DNA of 64,000 nt from Octopus sinensis (GCF_006345805.1 NC_042997.1:183644001-183708000), one strand, 5' to 3'. Shown: positions 1 through 11,619, numbered from the stretch's first letter. The notes: generated by a model not told the origin, from the sequence alone. Numbers and translations: made by a program.

Positions 1-164
1 TTCCTGTTGAGCTGTGTTATATTATGTAACTAACTTTTTGTGCACATTTTCTTTTCTTTTGTGCACTGTTCGCAAAAGCGTTTGTATGTGCACACATGCA
101 TCGTTTAAAGGTGTTATTTTTCGCATTTACATCTGTCCAATTTTGTTGCCTACAATTACCGGGG

Positions 165-475
165 AGTTCTGGTTGTAGAGTCCCCAGGTACCTCCTCCAT
201 AGTGTTCTATTAGAAATGAAGCATCATTAAACTTTCTTGCTAGATTCTCAGGCATGACCAACTAAGGTTACCGATATTATCCAACCATCTCTCTCGTGGT
301 CTATTTTAAGTCTGCTGTCGGTCGGCTCGGCTCCAAGAATCTGTCTTGTGATCCTTTCCCGTGGCATTCTAATCACATGTCCGTAATACCAGAACTGTGA
401 CCGCTCAATACGAAAAAACTAGCGTAGTGACCCGGAGAGGCTTCTTGATCTCCGAGTTACGCACCATGTCGCATT
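165..475 (-). pseudogene. RTE-clade LINE, degenerate C-terminal fragment
   Basis: Manual minus-strand translation gives IERSQFWYYGHVIRMPRERITRQILGAEPT, then after a frameshift RPRERWLDNI. This matches the RTE post-RT motif (QLRWYGHV.RM...R..RQIL...RPR.RW.D). Frameshifted. Confidence 0.75.
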
Positions 476-537
476 TATATATTTTCAAAAAACAAAACAT
501 CTCATATTCATAGAATGCGATTATATATACATATTAC

Positions 538-860
538 CGGGGCGCATGGCTCAGTGGTTAGAGCGTCGAGCTTACGATCGTGAGGTTGTGAGCTCGAATC
601 CCGGACCGGGCTGCGTGTTGTGTTCTTGAGCAAGGCTCTTTATTTCACGTTGCTCCAGTTCACTCAGCTGTAGAAGTGAGTTGCGACGTCACTAGTGCCA
701 AGCTGTATCGACCTTTGTCTTTCCCTTGGATAACACTGGTATGCATGGGCGACTGCTGGTCTTCCATAAACAACCTTGCCTGGACTTGTGTCTAGGAGGG
801 TAACTTTCTAGGTGCAATCCCATGGTCATTCATGACCGAAGGGGGTCTTTACCCTTTACA
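538..860 (+). mobile_element. tRNA-derived SINE (family C, TTTACCC-type tail)
   Basis: A-box TGGCTCAGTGG, B-box-like GCTCGAATCC, CORE-like TTCTTGAGCAAGG..CTTTATTTCAC, tail CTTTACCCTTTAC. Homologous copies at 14040-14640, 53329-54050 and 55038-55351. Confidence 0.85.
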
Positions 861-1607
861 GGTTCTTTCTTACAAGCTAACGGGGGAGATTCTAAACGAT
901 TCTTGACTTGCTAGAAATAACAATTCAAATATCTTTGAAATCACACCACACCGTCTTAAAACTGATACAGAATGTTAAGAAAAAACAGTAGTCACTACTT
1001 AGATATCTTTCGACATTCGCTTGCTGCATTAAGATTGGTGATGGATTAAAATAACAGCTGGGGCCAAACTATTGTTATGAGTATACACTGGATAATATAT
1101 TCTCATATACGGGATGGCCATAACTGGAACGCCTTTCATCATCGTTTTGCTCAATCAAGACTGACTTGAGGCTAAACAGCAATATCTTCTTAGCCATTGG
1201 CTTTTGTATTGTCTTTGTATTTTTTCAAATATGAAAATGATTTTTAAAAACTAATATTACTATTAACGATTGATTAATGAATGAAGGGAAAAAATTAAAT
1301 TAAAGCATATATGTTTTTAGTACAATTTAATTAATTGTTTTAAAACGATTCTTCGTATTTCATTAGTACATTCTTTGATCTTCATGTTTTTCATTATGGA
1401 GAGATTCGTTAGGTTTCGATGTGTTCATTAGCAAATTTTGACATTAGCTAATTTCGTGGTTACCAAGATAACTGAAATTACGAGTAGAAGATTAATAAAT
1501 ATCTGTGTTCATTCTTCTTAAAATTTCTTACTGTCTTTAAGTTCATCTCACGTCACTGCTTTCAAAACTTCTAAACACGCATATATGTGCTTTCACAGAA
1601 CTTACGT

Positions 1608-1678
1608 TCATACACACACACACACATACATACATACATACATACATACATACATACATACATACATACATACATACA

Positions 1679-1707
<29 letters not shown>
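1608..1707. repeat. (CATA)n microsatellite
   Basis: Direct reading; explains the YIHT/MYVC ORFs. Confidence 0.95.
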
Positions 1708-1711
<4 letters not shown>

Positions 1712-1743
1712 CAGCCGCATATGTACGTAAATATATATATATA

Positions 1744-2181
1744 GGATCTTTTCGGTTTGAACGGCAGTTTTTTCTAGCGGTGTCATATGAAATTGTTACC
1801 CATAATTATGACCCTAGTATCGATCTATTGCATTTCAATCTGTTTTAGGGTTAGGGTTAGTTAGAGTTAGGGTTAGGGGTGGGGGGAAGGGTATCTTTTT
1901 TCTTCACAAATGTAAATAAACCCAATCTGTTTCTTAAACGAGGGACATATTCATACGGCACAAAATGTGGTTTTTTTTACCTCAATAGACGTCATTGATT
2001 GGTTGAAATTGCAGAAATTGAAGAAAAACAACAACAAATATCTTACAAACTATAAAATTTTCTCAATAAAGCCAAGAGAAAAAGATGTTTTATAAACACA
2101 TTCTACCAGTATACGAAGTTTAAAAGTGTTTAGTTACGTGGAAATTATTTTAAAAAACTGCCGTTCAAACCGAAAAGATCC
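1744..2181. mobile_element. TA-target MITE with perfect 30-bp TIRs and internal TTAGGG repeats
   Basis: GGATCTTTTCGGTTTGAACGGCAGTTTTTT at 1744 and its exact reverse complement ending at 2181; TA on both sides; TTAGGG-like run at about 1845-1880. Confidence 0.9.
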
Positions 2182-2491
2182 TATATATATATATACACAT
2201 GTGCACGTACGAACTTAAAACAGGATCGACTTTAGAGATGTTAGTGTCTCAAGTTATCTAACTGAATCTCCCGGAATTGGAAGGAGACGCGCATAGTACT
2301 TACGTCAATACAATCGGAAATTTACATAAAATGTGCCGCGTATATATCACAGCAGTAGTTTTTTTCCGGTTGGCACACAAATGCTATTATCCCCACACGT
2401 CTCATGCCATTTACCCAACAATACACGAGATCGTTACCTACGCAAAAACAATTTCACCAGGAAAAATGTCTGTTCCTATTAGCAATATTAA

Positions 2492-2547
2492 AGGGGCGGC
2501 AAACGGAAGGGCCGCCCCGGGCGGCACACACTTTCGTTACGCTAGTG
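2492..2547 (-). mobile_element. Terminal fragment of hAT-like MITE (related to 45149-45309)
   Basis: GGGGCGGCAAACGGAAGGGCCGCCCCGGG...TACGCTAGTG is the near reverse complement of 45149-45205. The other end was not found. Confidence 0.65.
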
Positions 2548-2878
2548 ATTGGTCTAAGCGACTTTCAAATCATTCTCTCCTCCAGGACGCTTAAAATATT
2601 GAAGGACGTAAAAGTTGTTAGCAAGTCAGTCGGTTAATTTTTATCAAGAGACTGCATACAGGGAATTGTCTAGTGTAGCACCTGAGCAGGTAAAGAGGAA
2701 AGAGAAAAGAATTTCACGCTTTAATCCTGCGGGAGACCTCACCCCTGGTTCAACTTCCTCTTTCAAAGAGATTCAAATTAAAACTTCGCATTAAAATTTC
2801 ATGTTATTTTATGTTCCGAACACCAGGTTAATAAGGACAGATGTTACTTTATTAAATTTTTAATTATTTTAAGAATAC

Positions 2879-3075
2879 AATTGCAGCGTGGAAGGTGTTT
2901 ATAAGCCATTTAAGAAACACACAAAAACGGTTAGATTCACTTCAACATTTAAATTTAATTTGTCAAAATATTTTCGTCGCTTTGAGACCGCGACCTGTTC
3001 ACTAAATGTTGAAGTGAATCTAACGGTTTTTGTGTGTTTCTTAAATGGCTTATAAACACCTTCCACTCTGCAATT
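2879..3075. repeat. 73-bp inverted repeat with ~51-nt spacer (fold-back, probably MITE-derived)
   Basis: Arms 2879-2951 and 3003-3075 differ at 2 positions. Confidence 0.9.
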
Positions 3076-4093
3076 GTTTTCGTTCCAGCACACGATCTCA
3101 GATCAGGTCACTTGCTATGCAAGTACATCTCCGTAATATTTTAAGAATAAATTGAAATAAAGGCAAGGTATTTCAACAGAAATATAGTTCCAAAAAGGTT
3201 AATGTTACGAGCAGTGCGTAGAGTACAAAAGTGTAGTCACAAGTAATAAATGTCTTGCAGGCTGGATAAAAGAGTGCCAACTTTTTTTTTTCCGTCGAAC
3301 AGTTTTTTCTTTAAAAAAATTTGCGTTCCTGAACTGCTATGTTAGCAACACGTTTCTCTATAGGGACCGTTCTACATCGAGATGTTAACTGCATCTGTTT
3401 CAAACAATTATGCTATTATTTTTGTCTTTGCAGATTCCAAATATACATCAGGGTTCCATGGGGAAATTACCCGAGTAACTAACACTCTAGGCCGAACCTG
3501 TGAAAATACGTACAGACACGTAGGTACACACACGCACGCGCTCACTTGTAACATAATTTGTTTTTTGGCTGAATTTGCAGCGTCGTTTTAAGAACTACGC
3601 TTAGCAAAAAAAAAATGAAAAAATGTAGCATAAAAAGCTGTTTTCTTACGCTATTTTTCACCATACCTACCGCTGTAACTGTACCTCGTGGACTACTTTC
3701 AGTCACACGTGAATATTACGAAGAGAGCGCTTTAAAAAAGCCTATGCAAGATTTTATCTTCTGTTGGAAGCACTGCTTTCTAGTGTTAACGCCTCAATAG
3801 CACACACGCTTTGGTAAGTCGGTTCGTCTCAAAAGTGGGAGTTATTCTAAAAGAAAAAACAAAGAAGAAAATGTAAGAAGAGAAAGATCATTCCAGAGTT
3901 TATGATAGAAATATGTTTAATGGAGTTGGCATCTCAGACTAATCAATTTAAAATGTCTGGTCATAATACTGACTTTATGTGTTACTTGTATATTACGTTT
4001 TTCCTACCTGAAGCAACACTAAACTTTGCAAAGAGCGATTATAGACAATAAAGTCTAAACCTTCAAATATTATCTGGTCGTATTTTATGGTAG

Positions 4094-4391
4094 TGTGGAG
4101 GCACATGGTCAAGTGGTTAGAGCAGCGGACTCGCGGTCGAGGGATCGCGGGTTCGAATCTCAGACCGGGCGATGTGTGTGTTTATGAGCGAAAAGCCTAG
4201 GCTCCACGCGGCTCCGGCAGAAAGTAATGGCGAACTTCTGCTGAGTCTTTCGCCACAACTTTCTCTCTTTCCTCTTGCAGCTCACCTGCAACGGACTGGC
4301 GTCCCGTCCAGGTGGGGAACCTATACGCCAAGGAAACCGAGAAACCGGCCCTTAAGAGCCAGGCGTGGCTCGAGAAGGAACAAACAAACAA
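4094..4391 (+). mobile_element. tRNA-derived SINE (family D, V/Meta-SINE-like body, (AAAC)n tail)
   Basis: A-box TGGTCAAGTGG, B-box GGTTCGAATCT, body GCAACGGACTGGCGTCCCGTCCAGG, tail GGAACAAACAAACAA. A tail fragment recurs at about 44440-44480. Confidence 0.8.
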
Positions 4392-4689
4392 GCATTTTAT
4401 GGTAAGAGGAAAAGCAACATCAACACCGGTGGGGTTTGAATTCAGTATATTCCAGTTCCTTGACTAAAACCTCGAAGGAAATTTGGCCCTCCGCTGAATA
4501 GGGATAAATTGACAGAAGGGTTGAAGCCCTAGACGGGATGCTTACAATATTTGTTATATATATATATATATATAATACAAAATGGGACAAGAATGCAAAG
4601 CATCCATACAGTGAGGTGATACAAGAAAGGAACAGCAAAACATCCAGATAGACGATACAAAGCAAGGACGGATCATATATATATATATA

Positions 4690-4870
4690 TATATATGTAG
4701 TTAATCCAAACATGAAAACACAAAGAGAAAACACAACAACGCGAGGACGTGGAACAAGTATAGTATTATTGGACGCTCAGGAAAGAAGGAAAGAAGGAGG
4801 GTTTAACGTTTCGAGTGGAGCTCTTCGTCAGAAACATAGGAAAAGGAAAGATCCAAAGAAGGGAAGACGG
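4690..4870 (-). mobile_element. Non-autonomous repeat with minimal hammerhead-like motif (Penelope-like terminus, inferred)
   Basis: Homologous to 37900-38040 and 38170-38270. Adjacent to (TA)n. Motif at 4801-4835. No PLE ORF is present in the window. Confidence 0.6.
4801..4835 (-). ncRNA. Candidate minimal type I hammerhead ribozyme
   Basis: Minus strand reads GTTT CTGACGA A GAG CTCCA CTC GAAA CGT T AAAC: intact core, 3-bp stem II, loop-less palindromic ACGU stem III, 4-bp stem I. Confidence 0.6.
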
Positions 4871-5911
4871 AGGAAAAAAAAATCGCCATGGCCGATAGTT
4901 AAGGAGTTCGCACTTTGCAATCATGAGGTCCTGGGTTCGATCCTACAGTTTGAGCAATTGTCATTTGCCATAATCTCAGGTGTTGATTCAGGCTTTGTGA
5001 GAAAAGACTTGTTAGGCGGAAACTGTTTGGAAGCCTATCATATAAAATGACTTGTTCGAACGCTCCACCTTGTTACACTTTGTATCGCACTGATTGTACC
5101 ATCGTTGAAATCGACTGTGATACACATGTGCACGCGTACGCTGGTGTGTATGTAGTAGTGGTGGTGGTGGCAGTAGTAGTAGTAGTTGTTGTTGTTGTTG
5201 TTATTGTTCTTGTAAGGTTAGAAGAACGCGTGAGGATACGATGTCAGTGAGCAAGTTACAATTGAAGAATAATGAAACACTCTGAAGCCTGGATAGAAAT
5301 GAAATATTGCTCCAGTCAAGCCTTCTGGCTAATCTAATTTGAGATTGTTTTTTCCAGTCGTAGAATATCAGTTTTATTTTATTTATTTATTTTTTTTTTT
5401 TGTGCTTTTTGTTTTTCTCAGATTCTGCTGTTTTACTAAATTTGCAATTACTTCATATTTAATAAATTGTTAATTATATTTCTTATTGGAATTGCGTTTT
5501 TTTTTTTTTTGTTTTTTTTTTTTTTGTTTTTTTGGGTTTTTTTTTTTACTTTACTCGCTAACCCTTTCAAATCTGTATTATTTCATTATTCGCAAAATAT
5601 TTTAAAAACATTAAATAAAAGTAACACGGCTGAATCGTAAGCGGGTCCGATAAAATGTATAGTGGCATTTCGTCCGTCTTTACGTTCAAATTTCGTCGAG
5701 GTCATCATTGCCTTTCAGCCTTCGGGGGGCGGGGGGCGATGAAATAAGTACCAGTTGACTACTGAGATCGATGAAATCGACTAGCCTCCCCCACCCCAAA
5801 AAAAAAACAATCCACCCACCCAAATTTCAAGTCTTGTGCCTATAGTAGAAAAAATTATTACTAGGGTGGCGTGACGAAACAAAATGCTTAACGGCATTTC
5901 TTCTGAGTACA

Positions 5912-6150
5912 GCGAGTACGGCGAGCTGCCAGAATTGTTAGCACGCCGGGCGAACTGCCTAGTGGTATTTCGTCTGCCGTTACGTTCTGAGTTCAAATTC
6001 CGCCGAGGTCGACTTTGCCATTCATCCTTTCGGGGTCGATAAATTAAGTACCAGTTACGCACTGGAGTCGATGTAATCGACTTAATACCTATGTCTGTCC
6101 TTGTTTGTCCCCTCTATGTTTAGCCCCTTGTGGGTAATAAAGAAAAAGGT
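5912..6150 (+). mobile_element. Family A SINE (Nin/Deu-like domain) nested in an older related SINE
   Basis: Head GGCGAGCTG..AGAA..GTTAGCACGCCGGGCGAA, domain GTCGACTTTGCC.TTCATCCTTTCGGGGTCGATAAATTAAGTACCAG. 16-bp TSD ATTTCTTCTGAGTACA at 5896-5911 and 6151-6166. Confidence 0.9.
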
Positions 6151-6925
6151 ATTTCTTCTGAGTACAAATTCCGTCGTCAATTTTGCCTTTCGGGGGCCGA
6201 AAAAAATAAGTACCAGTTGAGCTGTGGGTTGATATTATCGCCTAAATACCTCCTCCAAAATTTCAAGTCTTGTGTCTAAAGTAGAAAGAATTCTTCTCAA
6301 AACAGATAATTTTTTTCAAGCGATGTTTGACGGCCATGGTAAGTAATACATTGCTCAAACCTGCGATGTTTCGGTGATTTTTATCACCACAAAAACCAAA
6401 AGTAATTACTTTATCAACGAGTCGATCTAGCACAGATCGTTATTAATGTAACACGTTAGGTGAGAAACAGTACTTTTTCTTTTGTTACACAAGTACATTA
6501 CGTGGTTTAAAGCAAAACAGTACAACGTTAAGTGAATTATAACAATTGTAACACGATACGTCTGCCATGGCTACTTTACTTTTAGGAGGAACGTGATATG
6601 AAAAAACCAGTTTCGCAAAATGTTTGTAAATGTATTTATGTACTCTTTTATTTATTTCTATTTATACATTTATTTATCTAGATATCTTATTATCCTTATT
6701 ATTCATACCCCATATCTCACCCTTCTTCTTTCTTTTTTTTTTTTAAGTGGATAGTTGTGATACCTGCTACTTATATTATAAAAATACCGAACAACTGAAA
6801 GCTGTTCTTAACATATGTACCCAGCTTAACACATATTAACACGAAAATGCATATTCATATGCAAATATATCATATTGTACATAGAACATCAACACTTTTA
6901 CATTTGCACTTATAATAATTTATGA

Positions 6926-7157
6926 TAAAGCAGCGAGCTGGCAGAATCGTTAGCACGCCGGGCGAAATGCTTAGTATTTCGTCAGCCGCTACGTTCTGAG
7001 TTCAAATTCCGCCGAAGTCGACTTTGCCTTTCATCCTTTCGGAGGTCAATTAAATAAGTACCAGTTAAGCACTGGAGTCGATATAATCGACTTAATCCGT
7101 TTGTCTGTCCTTGTTTGTCCCCTCTGTGTTTAGCCCCTTGGGGATAGTAAAGAAATT
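6926..7157 (+). mobile_element. Family A SINE
   Basis: Full copy with 16-bp TSD TTATAATAATTTATGA at 6910 and 7158. Confidence 0.9.
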
Positions 7158-7577
7158 TTATAATAATTTATGAACATGGTTTATTAATAAATGTTAAAGT
7201 AATAGTCCAAAACAAAGCTGAAGTTTTCAACCAAAGTCTTCATCTTCATTTCACTCGTTTTGTGCAAATCAAGTAAGTTGACAGAACAACGAAAACATCC
7301 AATGCTATTCTAAAATTCAATGTACTACTCTCCACTGTTATTATTTAAATTCCACTGATGGAACTTTGTTTCTCATTTAAAAATAAAATCTTTGTTTAAA
7401 GGGAGATTTCGAATAATATATATATATTGTTGTCTATGTGGAAAAATTTGTAAATCCTTGCTGGACTAAAGAGTCCTTTCCGGTCTCATAACACGCAGAC
7501 TATCTCTAACCATTTTCTAGTAATTTTAAACTGTAAATATTCAGTTCCGTACAACCTGCGAGTAGGTGTGTTGTTAG

Positions 7578-7852
<275 letters not shown>

Positions 7853-8493
7853 TGTATATATATATATATTCCGAAGTGTACAATATTATATATCCATTAC
7901 GGCCGATCTTATAAATCGGTTTCTCACTAGGGACTCATCGGAGTGTTAGGTAACAATCCGATTATGTAACCTTGTGCTCATCAGAGGTAGCCGATATGAA
8001 ATGATACGCATACACACACACACACACACACACATATATACATGCATATATGCATGTATGTATTTATGCATACATATACACATACAAGTAAGAAGGCGAG
8101 AAAAGTTTACTAGTTGCAATTGTCGTTTCGATATCACTCCGTTTTTAACGCCATTCATTTAAATGATTTCATGTGAAAGGTTACGTGGTATTTGCAGTTG
8201 ATTACATTGTCGTGGCACTTCATCAGACTTGCGTCAAAATGTGGCATAAGCAATGATGTTATACCGAAACAGCCGTAACTACTCATAAAAATATAGTAAA
8301 TTCTTTTTTCGTCTTCTTATTTTGATTATATTACTTCTCGTAAGACTTACACACTGATTCTACCGGTGATGTTCCTAGATTTTCTACACTAGTGAAATTT
8401 CAATCTTCCTAGAGACTCCAACAGAAGGGTGCAGGTAGCCAAGAGTTCGGATTGACTGCTGCACTGTAAATACTCTGAATTTCTATCCTATTA

Positions 8494-8940
8494 GACGCAG
8501 GAGTGGCTGTGTGGCCTGTGTGCTAAGTAGCTTGCTTATCAACCACATAGTTCTGGGTTCAGTCTCACTGCGTGGCACCTTGGCCAAATGTCTTCTACTA
8601 TAGCTTCGGGCCGACCAAAGTCTTGTGAATGGATTTGGTTGACGGAAACTGAAAGAACCCGGTCTCGTATATATGTATATGTGTGTGTGTGTGTGTGTGG
8701 TGTGTGTGGTGTGTGTGTGTTGTGTGTGTGTGTGTGTTTGTGTGACTGTGTTTGTCTCCCCAACATCGCTTGACAGCCGATGGGGGGTGTTTACAACCCC
8801 GTAACTTAGCGGTGCGGCAAAAGGGACCGATAGAATAAGTACTAGGCTTACAAAGAATAAGTCCTGGGGTCGATTTGCTCGACTAAAGGCGGTGCTCCAG
8901 CATGGCCGCAGTCAAATGACTGAAACAAGTAAAAAGAGTA
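8494..8940 (+). mobile_element. Family B SINE, full length with internal (TA/TG)n
   Basis: Head, internal microsatellite, and 3' half ending GCAGTCAAATGACTGAAACAAGTAAAAAGAG. Confidence 0.9.
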
Positions 8941-9493
8941 TTAATTTGAACAGCAAACACGGAGAGTGGTAAACTCGTATACAGGAATACTGTTCAAGAT
9001 AAATTCCTGGTTTATTGGCATTATTTTCACTTCAGGAGAAAGCAAACACCTGGAGACGATTGCAGCCGACTTCAAAGAATTAAGAATTCTGCATAAACAC
9101 ACCATTAAAGAATAGACGGTTTGCTTATTCATTGACACAAGAGGAACACTGTGAATACGAGTTTCTGCACCCATAGCTGTCACCAGTACAGTATTACTGT
9201 ACTTTGACTCCAGCCAGACACGACTTGGATATATACGATGAGTAGACAGCAGTTATACCCTCACTAACCCCCCCCCCCTCTCTCTCTTTCTCTCAGCCGA
9301 AATTGCGAGGATGATCCGGTTCTTGACTGAGGATAAAAAGCTTCGAATGACCCGTCCTTGTTTTTTTGTATCGTCTATCTGGATGTTTTTATATCAACTA
9401 GTTGTCCGGATGTTTTGCGTTCTTGTCCCTTTTGTATTATATATATATATACAGCAGCGTACGTACACTTTGGTCTCTTCTATTTATATATAT

Positions 9494-9545
<52 letters not shown>

Positions 9546-10007
9546 GCACATATGCATACATACATATAAATATACATGCATGCATACATACATACATACA
9601 TACATACATACATACATACATACATACATACATACATACATACATACACATGTAACTCACACACAAGAATATGCATATAGAAACACGTACATAATCTCTA
9701 TAGACTCTCAAGCTTAAAGAGATGAAAGGAATATTCAGTTGTAAAAAAAAAACGAAAATACTAAGATACAACAAACATACATTCTTGTTTTTTGTGAAGC
9801 ATGGCTGCAAAATAGCAGAACTTTTACATTCACATCTTGTTTGTATTGCTGATGTTAGCGGTAGTGATACTCTGATGTTGTTGGTAATAGTGGTGGTGGA
9901 AATGAAATAGCTAATGGTGGTGGTAGAGGTGAGACTGTTAGTTGTCCTGGTAGTAGAGCCAGCACTGTTGATAGTGTTGTTGGTGTTATTGTTGTTGTTG
10001 TTGTTGT

Positions 10008-10242
10008 AAGGCGGCGAGCTGGCAAAAAACGTTAGCACGCTGGGCGAAATGCGTAGCCGTATTTCGTCTGTCGTTACGTTTCGAGTTCAAATTCCGCCGA
10101 GGTCGACTTTGCCTTTCATCCTTTCGGGGTCGATAAATTAAGTACCAGTTACGCATTGGGGTCGATATAATCGACTTTATCCCTTTGTCTGTCCTTGTTT
10201 GTCTCCTCTGTGTTTAGCCCCTTGTGGGTAGTAAAAAAATAT
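10008..10242 (+). mobile_element. Family A SINE inserted in (GTT)n
   Basis: Full consensus match, with GTT repeats on both flanks. Confidence 0.9.
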
Positions 10243-11339
10243 ATTGTTGTTGTTGTTGTTGTTGTTAAGCAAGAAGACGGGTAAGGGTGATTAGGTGATG
10301 GTCTAAGGCTTAGGGGCGGGATACCCCAGACCTTGGAAAAAAATAAACTTTGGTCGTCTTGTTGTAGTTGAGGGCTCTTCGTTGATGCCCGACACCACTG
10401 GGAGGTGGGCCTCGAAGTCGCTGGAAATGGAGATCTCCAGGTCCAAATTCTTGAACGACTGGTGTTATTGTTGATAGTACTGGTAGGAGGGGGGGGGTAA
10501 TGCTGATAGCGCTTGTTGTAATAGTTGTTGTTGGTGAAGTTGGTTTTGGTTATAGTGGTTACAGTAATGGAAATAATAGTGGTGACGTGTTTTTCTTTTC
10601 TTTTTTTATCATGTTGGTAGCTTGCAGTTATATTCCGTGTCAAATTTCGTGGAGCCGGAAAAAATTCTTGTTCCGCGTTCCAAAGTTTCTCCCGGTTGCA
10701 GAGGAGTATTAGTAGAGAGTATAAAGTTTTTTGTTAGTGTAAGTAGTACTGCTTTGTTGTGTGGTCTGTCACCTCTTCATTCAACCTCCTCACCTCGCCT
10801 CTCTCCCCCTCACACCTACTTCCACCCACCCTCCTCTCCTCTCTTGCTCCGACACCTACTTCTTCTCTTCACTCCTACCGACCTTCTCCATCCCCCTTCA
10901 TCGTCAGCCCACCCCACCCCTACACATTACACCCCACTTTCCCTATCCTTCCCCATCCCACCCCGCCCCATCCCTTACACCCACTCCCACATACCACACC
11001 TTTACCCTCCTCAGCCTAACCCTTGCTTTCCACACTCTCGCCTCCCCCACCTCCCAACACCATCACACCACACCACACACCACTACACCTTACACCACCA
11101 TACCACATAACACATCACGTCACAACGCACCACCACGCACACACCAGCAGTGACCACTTCCCAGACCCACATTTTCACATACATACATGCACACACACAT
11201 ACATGCACACGTCAAGATCACAAGCCCTCTTCTACACGCAAATACAAACTCTCTTATACACACGCGCGCGCACCTTCGTTTTGGGATCACCACTACTCTA
11301 TTATCTCCCTTTCTCCCTAGCTCTCCTGTGTGACCCTTC

Positions 11340-11541
11340 TGTCCGGCACTCGGCATAATAGATCTCTAGCCACTACACATTCTTTATTTTCTCTCCTTGT
11401 TTCTTTCTGTGTTCCTTTCTGTGGAAGAGCGTAGGCTCGAAACGTTAAAGACTTTTTCACTTCCGAGCGTTATACTAATACTTCTGTTTGTTCTCTACAC
11501 CACCTGTCTTCGTCTTTTGGGGGTTTTTTTGTGTGAATTCT

Positions 11542-11545
<4 letters not shown>
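11340..11545 (+). mobile_element. Non-autonomous repeat with hammerhead-like motif (second family)
   Basis: Reverse-strand homolog at 62636-62815 and 3' fragment at 28995-29105. Ends at (TA)n. Confidence 0.65.
11415..11450 (+). ncRNA. Candidate minimal hammerhead variant (CUGUGGA core)
   Basis: CTTT CTGTGGA A GAGC GTAG GCTC GAAA CGT T AAAG: same architecture as 4801-4835 with compensatory stem changes, but A6 replaced by U. Confidence 0.45.

Positions 11546-11619
<74 letters not shown>

Noticed and set aside
538-612. tRNA gene-like sequences here and at 4094, 24418, 32875 and 44055
   Set aside because: No complete acceptor stem, and each continues into a SINE body; these are SINE heads.
1845-1880. 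TTAGGG run as a telomere or fusion site
   Set aside because: Only a few degenerate units, located inside a TIR-bounded MITE.
3433-3813. Possible exons: acceptor TTTGTCTTTGCAG at 3432 giving GFHGEITRVTNTLGRTCEN (faintly kringle-like) and donor TTG|GTAAGT at about 3813
   Set aside because: No kringle Cys/Trp pattern, no partner exons, and such splice-like motifs are expected by chance.
9035-9112. Acceptor followed by ESKHLETIAADFKELRILHKHTIKE*
   Set aside because: Short, unrecognised peptide with no supporting upstream exon.
9325-9355. CTGAGGA...GAAT hammerhead-like string
   Set aside because: GAAA is broken and neither stem I nor stem II can be paired; at most a decayed remnant.
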